Source of the DNA: Chitinophagales bacterium
GTDB taxonomy: Bacteria > Bacteroidota > Bacteroidia > Chitinophagales > JADIYW01
Direction of reading: 5' to 3'
Assembly: GCA_035515235.1 (NCBI GenBank)
Contig: DATJBS010000031.1
Location: forward strand, 53,523-117,522
Length of the DNA: 64,000 nt
Shown here in pieces: positions 10,085-19,919 of the stretch (positions within the stretch are counted from its first letter, which is position 1; every line of letters starts with the position of its first letter). Position numbers and translations under genes: made by a program. A model generated the notes under the pieces. That model did not search any database, was not told the DNA's origin, and saw only the letters and a program-made list of their open reading frames with translations.

Positions 10085-10489
10085 TCACGTAAGCCAATCC
10101 CAAGTGCTCTTCTCATTCTTCTTCATCTTCAAGACCATATATAAAATAGCGATTTGCATCAAACCGAAAAAGGTAGATTCCACTCCAGAGCCCATTAAAT
10201 TACTGACATACATATTGACAATATTAGAAATCACTAAGCCATGAAAACCAATCTTCTTCCAATTAAGCAGAAGAATCACTGATATAGCATTCATCACACC
10301 TAAGCCCATGAGATAATAAGCGACTTCGTCACTGATTTCAATCTTCAATATTTTTTGAATCTCTTCTCTAAATATAGTATAAGCTAGTAAAGTCGAAAGA
10401 CCATTCATTAGGATATACACTAACCAAAATGTTACAAATCCGTGTCTTTTTCTAACCGGCTCTTTCTTTTCTAGTTCTTGAATATCCAT
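10085..10489 (-). CDS. small integral membrane protein, function unknown
   Basis: Several hydrophobic helices. It lies 6 nt downstream of ychF on the same strand. Confidence 0.4.
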   Translation of the reverse strand: MDIQELEKKEPVRKRHGFVTFWLVYILMNGLSTLLAYTIFREEIQKILKIEISDEVAYYLMGLGVMNAISVILLLNWKKIGFHGLVISNIVNMYVSNLMGSGVESTFFGLMQIAILYMVLKMKKNEKSTWDWLT

Positions 10490-10495
10490 GTTGGT

Positions 10496-11593
10496 CTATA
10501 CGTTAAATCTAAAATGCATCACATCGCCATCTTTCACGATGTATTCTTTTCCTTCTATTCGTAATCTGCCGCTATCTCTACAAGCAGATTCCGAACCGTA
10601 ATGAGTAAAGTCTTCATAAGAAATTACTTCCGCTTTGATAAATCCTTTTTCAAAGTCTGTATGAATTACACTTGCTGCTTGAGGAGCTTTCCAACCATTC
10701 TGAATCGTCCAAGCTCTTACCTCTTGTACACCAGCTGTGAAATAAGTGATTAATTGTAATAATTTGTAAGTCGATTGAATCAATCTATTTAAACCAGGTT
10801 CAGTCAAACCATATTCATCTAAGAACATTTGCTTGTCTTCAGGGTCTTCCAGCTCAGTGATTTGAGCTTCGATAGAGTTGTTGAGAACGATTAATTGTGC
10901 ACCTTCTGCTTCTACAGCTACTCTAAGAGCTTCAGAATATTTATTGCCAGTAGTAATAGATTGCTCATCCACATTGGCTACATATAAAATTGGCTTCTCA
11001 GTCAATAAAAATAAATCTGCAACAGCTACTTTTTCTTCTTTAGTCAATCCTAGTGATAAAACATTTTTACCTTCTAAAAGATGATTTTGAACTCTAGCTA
11101 AAATATCATATTCAGCTTTGATTTTAGTATCAGATTTAGATTGTTTCTCTGTCTTTTTCATTTTCTTCTCGACACTTTCCAAATCTTTAAACTGTAATTC
11201 AGTTTCTATGATTTCTTTGTCGCTGACAGGATTGATTTCACCTTCTTCACGCAAGATATTTTCATCTTCAAAGCATCTAATCACATGAATGATAGCATCT
11301 ACCTCACGAATATTCCCTAGAAATTTATTCCCCAAACCTTCACCTTTACTTGCACCTTTTACAAGACCTGCGATATCTACTAATTCGATTTGAGTAGGAA
11401 CAGTACGATTTGGGTTGACCAATTCAGCTAATTTGTCCATTCTCTCGTCCGGCACATCCACCAAACCTACGTTTGGCTCGATAGTACAAAAACGATAGTT
11501 CGAAGCTTGTGCCTTAGCACTATTGCTGACCGCATTGAACAAAGTGGATTTTCCTACATTGGGTAGCCCTACAATTCCCGCACGTAATGCCAT
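10496..11593 (-). CDS. ychF: redox-regulated ribosome-binding ATPase YchF
   Basis: GIVGLPNVGKSTLFNA P-loop, the C-terminal TGS-like RAWTI..G..APQAA motif, and a length of 365 aa. Confidence 0.95.
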   Translation of the reverse strand: MALRAGIVGLPNVGKSTLFNAVSNSAKAQASNYRFCTIEPNVGLVDVPDERMDKLAELVNPNRTVPTQIELVDIAGLVKGASKGEGLGNKFLGNIREVDAIIHVIRCFEDENILREEGEINPVSDKEIIETELQFKDLESVEKKMKKTEKQSKSDTKIKAEYDILARVQNHLLEGKNVLSLGLTKEEKVAVADLFLLTEKPILYVANVDEQSITTGNKYSEALRVAVEAEGAQLIVLNNSIEAQITELEDPEDKQMFLDEYGLTEPGLNRLIQSTYKLLQLITYFTAGVQEVRAWTIQNGWKAPQAASVIHTDFEKGFIKAEVISYEDFTHYGSESACRDSGRLRIEGKEYIVKDGDVMHFRFNV

Positions 11594-11688
11594 ATTCTTA
11601 GAGTTTATTTTGGGCGCAAAGATACAATTTTATAACCGCTATCCGATACGATATCAGTTATTTAAGATAGAATTGATATGAAAATTTA

Positions 11689-11791
11689 TTTTTGAGCAGC
11701 CGGGCGGGTCTTCACTCATAGTCCTCGTTCCATCTCGAAAGGATTCGAGCTGTTACTGTGGGCTATCCGTTCACCCCCTGCTGCGGCGATT
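11689..11791. repeat. GC-richer intergenic element, copy B (TTTTTGAGCAGC ... GCTGCGGCGATT)
   Basis: Its termini match copy A at 6997-7085. The interior differs but is again self-complementary (tcgaaAGGAttcga). Confidence 0.55.
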
Positions 11792-11850
11792 ATCTCGAAC
11801 TCAACTAGAACCTTTCTAGCATTTTACTTACAACTTTTTCTATTTCGAAC

Positions 11851-11890
11851 TTTTCCATCCATCTACAAACTTTTTCATCCATCTACAAAC
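11851..11890. repeat. 20-bp tandem duplication (ttttYcatccatctacaaac x2)
   Basis: Read directly; one mismatch between the two units. Confidence 0.8.
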
Positions 11891-11949
11891 TTTGGAAAAG
11901 TTAGACTCGTTTGTAAAGTTGAATTCTATTCTCATTCTACAAAAAAGAT

Positions 11950-12150
11950 GGTATGCCGTCGCTGAGCTTGTCGAAGTGTGGTCTGTCGTATATAGTCTTT
12001 CTACAAATTCGACGGTCTATTCACTGTCGTCTTTCTACATATACAGTGGTCTATGGCCTGTCGACCGTCGTCTATCAATCGTGGACTTTCTACAAATTCG
12101 ACTTCTATCGTCTATTGTCTTCGGTCTATCGTCTTCGGTCTGTCGTCTCC
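11950..12150. repeat. degenerate gtct-rich repeat field (ggtctatcgtct / gtctgtcgtct / ctttctacaaattcgac units)
   Basis: Units were read directly. The same word family occurs at 10049-10079. ORFs 11892..12182 and 11953..12261 look like artefacts of this repeat. Confidence 0.7.
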
Positions 12151-12852
12151 TTACATCTGCTTCGCTACAAAATCCCAGTTGATAATCTCAAACCAATTCT
12201 TGATATAATCACCTCTTCTGTTTTGATAATGAAGATAATATGCGTGTTCCCAGACATCTAATCCTAATAATGGTTTTCCCTTAAATTCAGAAACATTCAT
12301 CAAAGGATTATCTTGGTTAGGAGTGGAGCCGATTTTTAGAGAGTTGCCATCTTTGACTAACCATGCCCATCCTGAACCAAATCTAGTAGCTGCAGCTTTG
12401 CTAAAGTTTTCTTTGAAAACTTCCATCGAACCAAAATTCGAAAGGATAGCATCTGAAACTTTAGAAGGCATCTCAGAACCTCCAGGAGTCATACAGTCCC
12501 AAAAGAAATTATGATTCCAAGCACCTCCAGCATTGTTTCGTACTTTTGTGCTGTATTTATCAATGTTATGCATTAATGAAAGTGCACTTTTTTCTTTTAT
12601 ATCTTCTGCGGCAATCGCTTCATTGACATTCTTTACATATGCAGCGTGATGCTTCGTATAATGAATGTTCATAGTTTCTTTATCTATCTGAGGCTCTAGT
12701 GCATCAAATGCATAAGGAAGCTTATTTTGCTCAAACTCAAAAGCTTTCTTGCATTCTGTAGAAGCAAATACTTCATTAGTTATAAATGGAACTGTTATCA
12801 GTGTGGCAGCGGATGCTTTTGTAGTATTAACGAGAAAGTTACGACGGTTCAT
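12151..12852 (-). CDS. Fe/Mn-family superoxide dismutase with a twin-arginine (Tat) signal peptide
   Basis: MNRRNFLVNTTKASAATL is a Tat motif. HHAAYV, WNHNFFW and DVWEHAYY are SOD metal-ligand motifs. Confidence 0.9.
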   Translation of the reverse strand: MNRRNFLVNTTKASAATLITVPFITNEVFASTECKKAFEFEQNKLPYAFDALEPQIDKETMNIHYTKHHAAYVKNVNEAIAAEDIKEKSALSLMHNIDKYSTKVRNNAGGAWNHNFFWDCMTPGGSEMPSKVSDAILSNFGSMEVFKENFSKAAATRFGSGWAWLVKDGNSLKIGSTPNQDNPLMNVSEFKGKPLLGLDVWEHAYYLHYQNRRGDYIKNWFEIINWDFVAKQM

Positions 12853-12915
12853 TTAGATTGATTTTATGTGATTACACTAACTAGCTAAATTTATAAATTT
12901 TTCATGAGAATTGTC

Positions 12916-14412
12916 TTATTTCATAGAGTTTTTTATCAGCTCCAACATATAAATTGCATGCAAACGATTAAAGTTTCTATCTTTTTTGGGAAGTCTGAAT
13001 TTCTGACTTTCTAATTTCATGTACAGTAATTCATAGAGCGAATTTAAATTACAAGGGTCTGCTTGACTAGACTTGCCAGTATATTTTTGAATTGTTTGGA
13101 CTAATGCTTGAGGCAAGATTTTTTTCAAGATTTCCTTAGGAGTGATTTCTGCATGAACACTATCTCCTCCAGATTTCACAAAATCTATTTCCATCGGTTC
13201 GAAATAACTCTCAAAAATAACTGTCGTGTAGAATTTTTGATTGAATTTCTCTTGGGTTTCTAATTCGTAAAAAAGTTCAAGGAAGTCCCTGTGCCACATA
13301 GGCAACATCCATTTTCCCCCAAAATATTCATATACTCTTACGCTATTCACTATAAATTTACTCAGCCTGTTCTCTGTGAGCCATTGTTGGAATGAATCCC
13401 AAGGTTCAATATTGTCCACGAGATTTTTAGCATGGACTTGGTATTGGTCTTGAATATAATTTTCAGTATTGATTTCTATATTTTTCAAGTAGCTACCAGT
13501 AGGAATATCTCCACAAAATCCAGGAACTATCACAAAATCTTCTTGTAATACTCCTTGAGATTTTAAAGCTAGTAAAGCAAAAAAATCTTGTTCGTGTGGT
13601 AAAGATTGAAAATGATGATTACCCAAGGCGTATTGATTCCAAATATCAGAAAAGAAATACTGAAACGCCTGTTCATTATAGGGAATAAAATGCCAGTCTA
13701 CTTCCAATTGCTTAGCTACTTTATGAGCATTGACTACTTCTACACTCAAACTTTTGCCATAAGTGTAGGCATGAAGATTTGGTGCTTTTTCTTTGACTAA
13801 TGCGCTCAAAATTAATCTAGAATCATATCCTCCAGATAGCGGAATCCAAATCGGTCGTTGGTCAGCAAATTGAATAATCTGTTTAGCCCAATTTTCAATA
13901 ATTTCTATCAAATTACTTTTAGTAGCAGTATCACTAGGTGCTTTATCCGTAACATAGTGATTAAAATATCTTTTAAGTATAATCTTAGAGTTGGCTATAT
14001 CTACTTTTAATTGATGTCCAGCAGGAATACTTTTCCAATCTGTCAGTAGAGTATCTTGAAATTGAGTGCAAAATACTTTTTCATAATCTTTTACAGCAGC
14101 TTCATTTAGTGAATCATGAATATCAAAATGAGGCGTACTGCTAATTGTAATTTCATTTCTCTTAATCCTATAAAATAATGGAAAAGAAGCTATTGTGTCA
14201 GTTGTGATAAGTAATTGTTGATGGCTAAGTTGTATTATAGAAAACGCCCCATTCAATTCATTGATGATGTTCTGTACATCTACAGCGTCGAAATCTTGAG
14301 CATTTTGATATAGTTTTCTTTCATTATCAAAAGCATAACCAATGAAATATAAGTTTTCATTTTTAGACCATTGGAATTTTCCAGGATAGGAAAGGTTTAA
14401 ATCAATTTTCAT
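12916..14412 (-). CDS. asparagine synthase-like (AsnB-type PP-loop) protein lacking the N-terminal catalytic Cys
   Basis: WIPLSGGYDSRLILSAL is an SGGxDS PP-loop. The N-terminus is MKIDLN with no Cys2 nucleophile. It overlaps the upstream flippase gene by 11 nt. Confidence 0.6.
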   Translation of the reverse strand: MKIDLNLSYPGKFQWSKNENLYFIGYAFDNERKLYQNAQDFDAVDVQNIINELNGAFSIIQLSHQQLLITTDTIASFPLFYRIKRNEITISSTPHFDIHDSLNEAAVKDYEKVFCTQFQDTLLTDWKSIPAGHQLKVDIANSKIILKRYFNHYVTDKAPSDTATKSNLIEIIENWAKQIIQFADQRPIWIPLSGGYDSRLILSALVKEKAPNLHAYTYGKSLSVEVVNAHKVAKQLEVDWHFIPYNEQAFQYFFSDIWNQYALGNHHFQSLPHEQDFFALLALKSQGVLQEDFVIVPGFCGDIPTGSYLKNIEINTENYIQDQYQVHAKNLVDNIEPWDSFQQWLTENRLSKFIVNSVRVYEYFGGKWMLPMWHRDFLELFYELETQEKFNQKFYTTVIFESYFEPMEIDFVKSGGDSVHAEITPKEILKKILPQALVQTIQKYTGKSSQADPCNLNSLYELLYMKLESQKFRLPKKDRNFNRLHAIYMLELIKNSMK

Positions 14413-15628
14413 GTTGGACTTGCTGTCTAATAAAAAGTAAAAGATATAAATTGAATATTACACTCACTGTACTGAATAAAATCATTGTTAGCTTGAAGTC
14501 TCCCCACCATCCACCGATGATTAAAACGCCGATTCTGAAAAATGCAAAGATGAAATTATAACCTAATTCCCATTTTAAATGACCTTTTACATCTATTAAC
14601 ATGCTTAAAGGTGTAACAATTAGAGATGTTCCATACCATAAGGCTAAGTATCTTGCAATTTCCCCCGCGCCGCGCCATTCTGCACCAAATAAAAACTCAA
14701 AGATTTGTGGGCCGAATAAAAGAGCAATGCTCACTGGAAGTACTGCAATGATTGCTAAAATGCGTTCAATACTAAATGTAAGTTTTTTTAATTCGTAAGG
14801 ACTTTCTGCTCTACTTGCATCTCTGAAATATACTTGTCCAATAGAACTAGTGACTAATCCTATCGGAGCCTGGACTAATCTATTAGTGAATGTATAGAGT
14901 CCAACTAAATATGGTGTAAAGAAAAAGTTGAGAATATAAATCACCGAATTTCTTGAAATAGTATTTAAAAGAGAAGAGAAAGTGCCGTACTTAGGGAATT
15001 TTATATAAGGTTCTATGCTTAGATGTTTACTTTTAACTTCTGTTTCTAGTAGCTTGTATATCAATGGTATAAGTAATATCAGACTTATAAGTTGACCTGC
15101 GACATAACCTTCGATTAAAAATATCTTTTTGGTGAAGATGATAAAGGGCATGCAGCTCACTAAACCCATTACTATAGCTTGAGCAATTCTGCTGGTATTG
15201 ATTTTTTTATATAGTTGAGATCTATTGCAATAACTTAAAGTCGGTTGTATCCATCCTTGTAGAATAATACTCAATGGAATCCAAAGCAAACTAGAATATT
15301 CAGAATTATACGAAGAACTCCAATAATATAATCCAACACAAATGCTGACAATAAAGCTGATAATTGTAGCGCTATTTACTGCCTTTCTATAAATGAAGAT
15401 ACTTTCTTCTTCATTTTCAGGAATCATCAATGCTTGATCTAATCTCAGATTAATGATTTCAGATAAGATGAGTATAGTAGAAATGAAAATTCCAAAAATA
15501 GAAAAACTTTGAGGCGAATAGATTTTTGGAAGTAATAGTGCAAAAATTATATTGATGACTTGTACCAAGAATAAACCTGAAAATAACCAGGTCACTTTTT
15601 GCAAAAAACTATTTTTCTGTGGCACCAA
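14402..15628 (-). CDS. Wzx-like oligosaccharide/polysaccharide flippase (MOP superfamily)
   Basis: 408 aa with about 12 hydrophobic helices and polysaccharide-biosynthesis-protein-like topology. This is a family-level call only. Confidence 0.6.
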   Translation of the reverse strand: MVPQKNSFLQKVTWLFSGLFLVQVINIIFALLLPKIYSPQSFSIFGIFISTILILSEIINLRLDQALMIPENEEESIFIYRKAVNSATIISFIVSICVGLYYWSSSYNSEYSSLLWIPLSIILQGWIQPTLSYCNRSQLYKKINTSRIAQAIVMGLVSCMPFIIFTKKIFLIEGYVAGQLISLILLIPLIYKLLETEVKSKHLSIEPYIKFPKYGTFSSLLNTISRNSVIYILNFFFTPYLVGLYTFTNRLVQAPIGLVTSSIGQVYFRDASRAESPYELKKLTFSIERILAIIAVLPVSIALLFGPQIFEFLFGAEWRGAGEIARYLALWYGTSLIVTPLSMLIDVKGHLKWELGYNFIFAFFRIGVLIIGGWWGDFKLTMILFSTVSVIFNLYLLLFIRQQVQHEN

Positions 15629-15795
15629 TGAATTTTGTTAAAGATGAAATTAAGCAATTTTTAATAGCTATAAATTATATTTCAGCTTATATGCAATTCA
15701 TCAAAGTCTAATTTTGAGAATTTACTTGAACATTGAATTCAAATATTTTGTAAAAATAGAACTTAAGAGGAACGTTTTTTTTCAAAAGGTGTCGT

Positions 15796-17067
15796 TTACT
15801 TAGTATATATTTTATGCCAAACATCAGTATAGCCCATCATAACTACTCCTAAAGCATGAGCTTTGGAGAATAAGAAGGGTTGACTGGAGATTAATTCAGA
15901 CATCACTTGCTGAATGATAGTATCTTGAATTCCTCTTGACTTGCATTGCTCTATAAATTGCATAGTATGTTTTTGAGGGTCATCCTCTAAAAGATATCTA
16001 TACATCATATCTGCAAAGTCATAGCCTAAACCTGACATTTTTACAATAATTTCTAGAAACTGCTCTTTATATACGATATATCCATATGTGGATTCTAAAG
16101 GCTCGTATAGGCTTTCGTGTAGAAATCTCGCTTCTTTTTCCTTTAAATGTATGGATTTGATGCCATCTACATACTCCATTAGTGAAGGTCTGCTTAATGC
16201 ATATGCTAGCGCTAAACTTTCTAAAGTATTGGTATCAAATTCAAACATGATTTCTCTCATATTATCCTTATGAAAAGGAAATATTTCGGAACTATTCTCT
16301 GATAGAATATATTCAAATACTTTAGGATCATCCCATGTTTCAGGATAAATCTGGACTTTGTTTTTAGAGTAGATGTCTTGAAGGTGATCTAATTGCTTTA
16401 AGCCAAAAATATCAAATTTGAAATACCCTAGACTCTGTAAATATTTCACAGGAAAGTCTACTACTAAATTGTCAGAATTGCACTCAATTTCTAAAGTAGG
16501 AGCAGTTGGTTCAAGTGCTTTGTCAGAAATAACTACACCACTTCCTGCTGGCGAAAAGTACATAGTAGCATCGGATGTATCGCTTTCGTCGTCATTACTT
16601 CCAGCTAAAACACCAATATGTGCTTCTCCAAATAAATCTTTAAGGTATTGAATCACTCGCTCTCTATTGTCAAATGAAACATCTAATGAGAAAGAAGGTA
16701 AAAATCCTGCTCTAGGATTGAAGAATCTCTGATATGGAAGCCCTCTTACTAAAGCATTCACTTGAGTAAGACCTAAACATTTTGCTACCAAGCTGGAGTT
16801 GATTACTCCTCTTCCTGGTCCTACGCAAATTTGATTGGATTTGCAAAAATCAATAATGGATTTCCACAGCAAAAAATAGTCTTTTAAACCAGATTTTTCA
16901 ATGTGGTTCAATTCTTCATTAATTCTGTCTAAAATGGAATCGTCGATGTGACTGATGTGAATTTTTCCTCCTTCGTAAACCATGCTTTTGAATTCTGAGA
17001 ATTCAATATTTGCATACTTATAGTCGATATCTGAAACTATAGAAGGCAATTCTGGAAAGTTGCTCAT
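15796..17067 (-). CDS. stand-alone DnaE (DNA polymerase III alpha) core-like protein, probably catalytically inactive
   Basis: Colinear motifs were found by eye: [62 protein letters not shown] and [10 protein letters not shown]. There are no PHP, beta-clamp or OB regions. Confidence 0.6.
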   Translation of the reverse strand: [423 protein letters not shown]

Positions 17068-17265
17068 GGCTACAAAAGTATAGAAAATAATATTTGCATG
17101 GGTAAAATAATAGTTAAAAATATATTAATCAAGACAAAAACTGATAGTTATATAATGCGAAATAGTTGAATATTTAAAATATAAACACATCATTGTCATG
17201 TTTTTAAACGAAATGATGGAATCAATTATTCTTTATATTATATTCGAGAACCTAATAAAAAAAAC

Positions 17266-18057
17266 ATGTCATTTAAAGAAAAGTATGGCCAATGGGCACT
17301 GATAACTGGAGCCTCAAGTGGCTTAGGGGTTGAGTTTGCTGACCAATTAGCTAAAAAAGGTTTGAATCTTATATTAGTCGCAAGGAGAGAAGAGTTGATG
17401 AAAGAATTAGCTGAGAAGATTCAAAGTCAATATGCTGTAGAGGTTAAAATTTTAGCTATAGATTTGTCTAAAGAAGGATTTTATGCTGAATTGTCAGAGA
17501 AAACTGCTGATTTAGATATTGGATTGATTGTCAATAATGCAGGAATGAATAGCGAAGGACATTTCTATAGAGCTGATTTGGCTAGAAATATTCAAATGAT
17601 TCGTTTAAATATGGAAGCTCCTTTTATAATTGCTTATGAAATGGGCAAGAAGTTTATAGAGAAAGGAAGAGGTGGTATAATTTTCACTGCATCCTCGAGC
17701 TCTTTTCAAGCAACTCCATATTTATCTCATTATGGCGCTACAAAAGCATATTTACTTTCATTGGCAGAGAGCATGAATTATGAATTTAAAGACAAAGGAG
17801 TAGATGTAATAGCATTATGTCCAGGCATGACTGAGTCTGAAATGACAAAATCTATGAAAGGCAGTCCATTAGTAATGAAAGCTGCTCCTGTGGTTAAATC
17901 AGCAATCGATAATCTAGGAAAACAAGCTTATATCGTTACAGGTCTTGGAAATAAAATTCAAGCTTTTATGACTCAAAGAGTTTTAGGGAGAGATTTGTCT
18001 AGAAATATTGCTGGTTCTTTAATGAAAAGAGTGCTTCCTGGAGCAAGAAAGAAGTAA
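17266..18057 (+). CDS. SDR-family oxidoreductase
   Basis: ITGASSGLG cofactor motif, NNAG, and YGATKAY catalytic YxxxK. Confidence 0.85.
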   Translation: MSFKEKYGQWALITGASSGLGVEFADQLAKKGLNLILVARREELMKELAEKIQSQYAVEVKILAIDLSKEGFYAELSEKTADLDIGLIVNNAGMNSEGHFYRADLARNIQMIRLNMEAPFIIAYEMGKKFIEKGRGGIIFTASSSSFQATPYLSHYGATKAYLLSLAESMNYEFKDKGVDVIALCPGMTESEMTKSMKGSPLVMKAAPVVKSAIDNLGKQAYIVTGLGNKIQAFMTQRVLGRDLSRNIAGSLMKRVLPGARKK

Positions 18058-18147
18058 TCCAAAACAAAGTCCATTCAATTATTTAAGATTTCATGGAATT
18101 ATTTAGATTAAACCTTACTTTTGTTAAATTATAAAAATAAAGTAGAG

Positions 18148-18600
18148 ATGTTACAAAATATCATAGACAAAGTGGAGGCTGCCATCAATCAGCAAGTAAA
18201 AGATAAATTTGGTTTGACAGACGAGCAAACACAAAAGACTTCTCATGCTTTTAGAGAGGAAATACAAAACTTTTTCTCTAATGGTGGAATGAAGAATCCT
18301 CAGTTTATTCAATCAGCTATGAAAAACGTATCTTCTTTAGAGGATAATGAAGTAGTAGTTAAATTGAAACAGAATCTTGTCAATGCCTTACAAGACAAAG
18401 TAGGATTAAGTCCAGAAAAAGCTGCAGCGGTAAGAGATTTCTCTATCACTGAATTTTTCAAAACATTTTCTGAAGAACTTACAGACGAAAATGGAAATGT
18501 CAATATCCAAAAAATCCTTTCCAAATTCAATATGTCTGATTTTGAGCAAACAGCTAAAGACCTTTTGGGTAATTTTGGCGGATTGTTTGGTAAGAAATAA
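18148..18600 (+). CDS. hypothetical helical protein
   Basis: Open frame. The ATG at 18148 is preferred over the tracked TTG at 18121. No family was recognised. Confidence 0.4.
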   Translation: MLQNIIDKVEAAINQQVKDKFGLTDEQTQKTSHAFREEIQNFFSNGGMKNPQFIQSAMKNVSSLEDNEVVVKLKQNLVNALQDKVGLSPEKAAAVRDFSITEFFKTFSEELTDENGNVNIQKILSKFNMSDFEQTAKDLLGNFGGLFGKK

Positions 18601-18624
18601 TTTTATTTTAAATTTTAATATAAA

Positions 18625-18656
18625 GCATTCAAGGTGAAAATCTTGGATGCTTTTTT
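18625..18656. terminator. hairpin plus T-run between convergent genes
   Basis: gcattcaag/cttggatgc stem followed by T6. Confidence 0.6.
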
Positions 18657-18658
18657 AT

Positions 18659-19885
18659 TTAGTCGTATCGGATAGCTTTGAGTGGCGATATCCTGGAAAT
18701 GATCATGGTGGGAATCAATAATACTGCTAAAGTTATAATTGTAGTTAATGCATTAATTCCTATAACTGCTGGCCAATCAAATATCACAGGCACTTGTTTG
18801 AAATAGTAGGAACTTTCGTCTAATTGTATAATACCAAATGTTTTTTGTAGCCAACAAATTCCTAAGCCTACAGCATTTCCAATCAATAGGCCATAACCCA
18901 AAATAATAAAAGCATTGTACAGAAATATTTTTCTTATTTGTGCATTTGTGGCCCCTAATGCTTTCAAAATACCTATCATTTTAGTACGATCCAGTATCAA
19001 AATCATTAAAGCAGTGGTCATGTTTAAAATGGCGACAATCAGCATAAGAATTAGTGCGAAAAATTCATTCTTTACTAATAAATCCAGCCAATCAAAGATA
19101 TTATGTTGAGTTTCTTTAATGCTCTCTGCATTCAAGTCTGGTGGTAGATTTTGATATATTTCGTTTTTCGTTTCGTCTATCTTGTCTAGGTTTTTCAATT
19201 TAATTTCATAACCACTATACTGATTTGGTTCCCACTGATTAATGTTCTGTATGACTTGTATATCACCTAATGCAAATTTGGAATCATACTCTTCCAAACC
19301 TGTATGATACAAACCCGAAATTTGATATTTTCTTCCGATAGGACGACCTCCTTCTTTGGGTAAGAAATAAACAATCAAAGCGTCTCCAGTTTTTACACCG
19401 ATTCTTTGTGAAGTCGTAGTAGATATTAAAATATCCCTAGAAGTGCTATCTTTTTGGATGAAAGGTATTTTTCCTTCTTTAAGATATTTTTGGATAAAAT
19501 TCCAATCAAACCGCTCATCTACTCCTTTTAAAACAATTCCTTCAATGGCTGTTTTTGTTTTAATTATTCCGGCTTTATTGATAAAAGGTGCAATATTGTT
19601 GACTTCTTGAATAGAATAGATGGTTTCTATAAGTTTGGCATTTTCTGTGATAGGTGTTTCTTCGTAAGAATTATTATTTTGAAAATTCTGAATTTGAACA
19701 TGACCCCAAAAGCCAAAAACTTTCTCTCGGATTTCTTTAGTAAAACCATTCACCATGCAAATAGCTACTACCATCACAGCAATACTCAAAGCATTCGCTC
19801 CAATAGCTATATTTACTATGAATCTGGAAAATGAATTTTTGTCGCCTCCAGAGATCTGTTTTGCTATTTGCCAAGAAGTATTCAA
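18659..19885 (-). CDS. FtsX/LolE-family ABC transporter permease
   Basis: N-terminal IAKQISGGDKNSFSRFIVNIAIG, a large periplasmic loop, and the C-terminal FtsX domain (IGILKALGA). Confidence 0.8.
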   Translation of the reverse strand: MNTSWQIAKQISGGDKNSFSRFIVNIAIGANALSIAVMVVAICMVNGFTKEIREKVFGFWGHVQIQNFQNNNSYEETPITENAKLIETIYSIQEVNNIAPFINKAGIIKTKTAIEGIVLKGVDERFDWNFIQKYLKEGKIPFIQKDSTSRDILISTTTSQRIGVKTGDALIVYFLPKEGGRPIGRKYQISGLYHTGLEEYDSKFALGDIQVIQNINQWEPNQYSGYEIKLKNLDKIDETKNEIYQNLPPDLNAESIKETQHNIFDWLDLLVKNEFFALILMLIVAILNMTTALMILILDRTKMIGILKALGATNAQIRKIFLYNAFIILGYGLLIGNAVGLGICWLQKTFGIIQLDESSYYFKQVPVIFDWPAVIGINALTTIITLAVLLIPTMIISRISPLKAIRYD

Positions 19886-19919
19886 AAAATCCTATTTTTA
19901 AACGATAAAACCATCATAA

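Noticed and set aside
10047-12261. ORFs 10047..10244, 11892..12182 and 11953..12261
   Set aside because: They start in or run through degenerate intergenic repeats, overlap better-supported genes (the membrane protein and sod), and have repeat-driven low-complexity translations.
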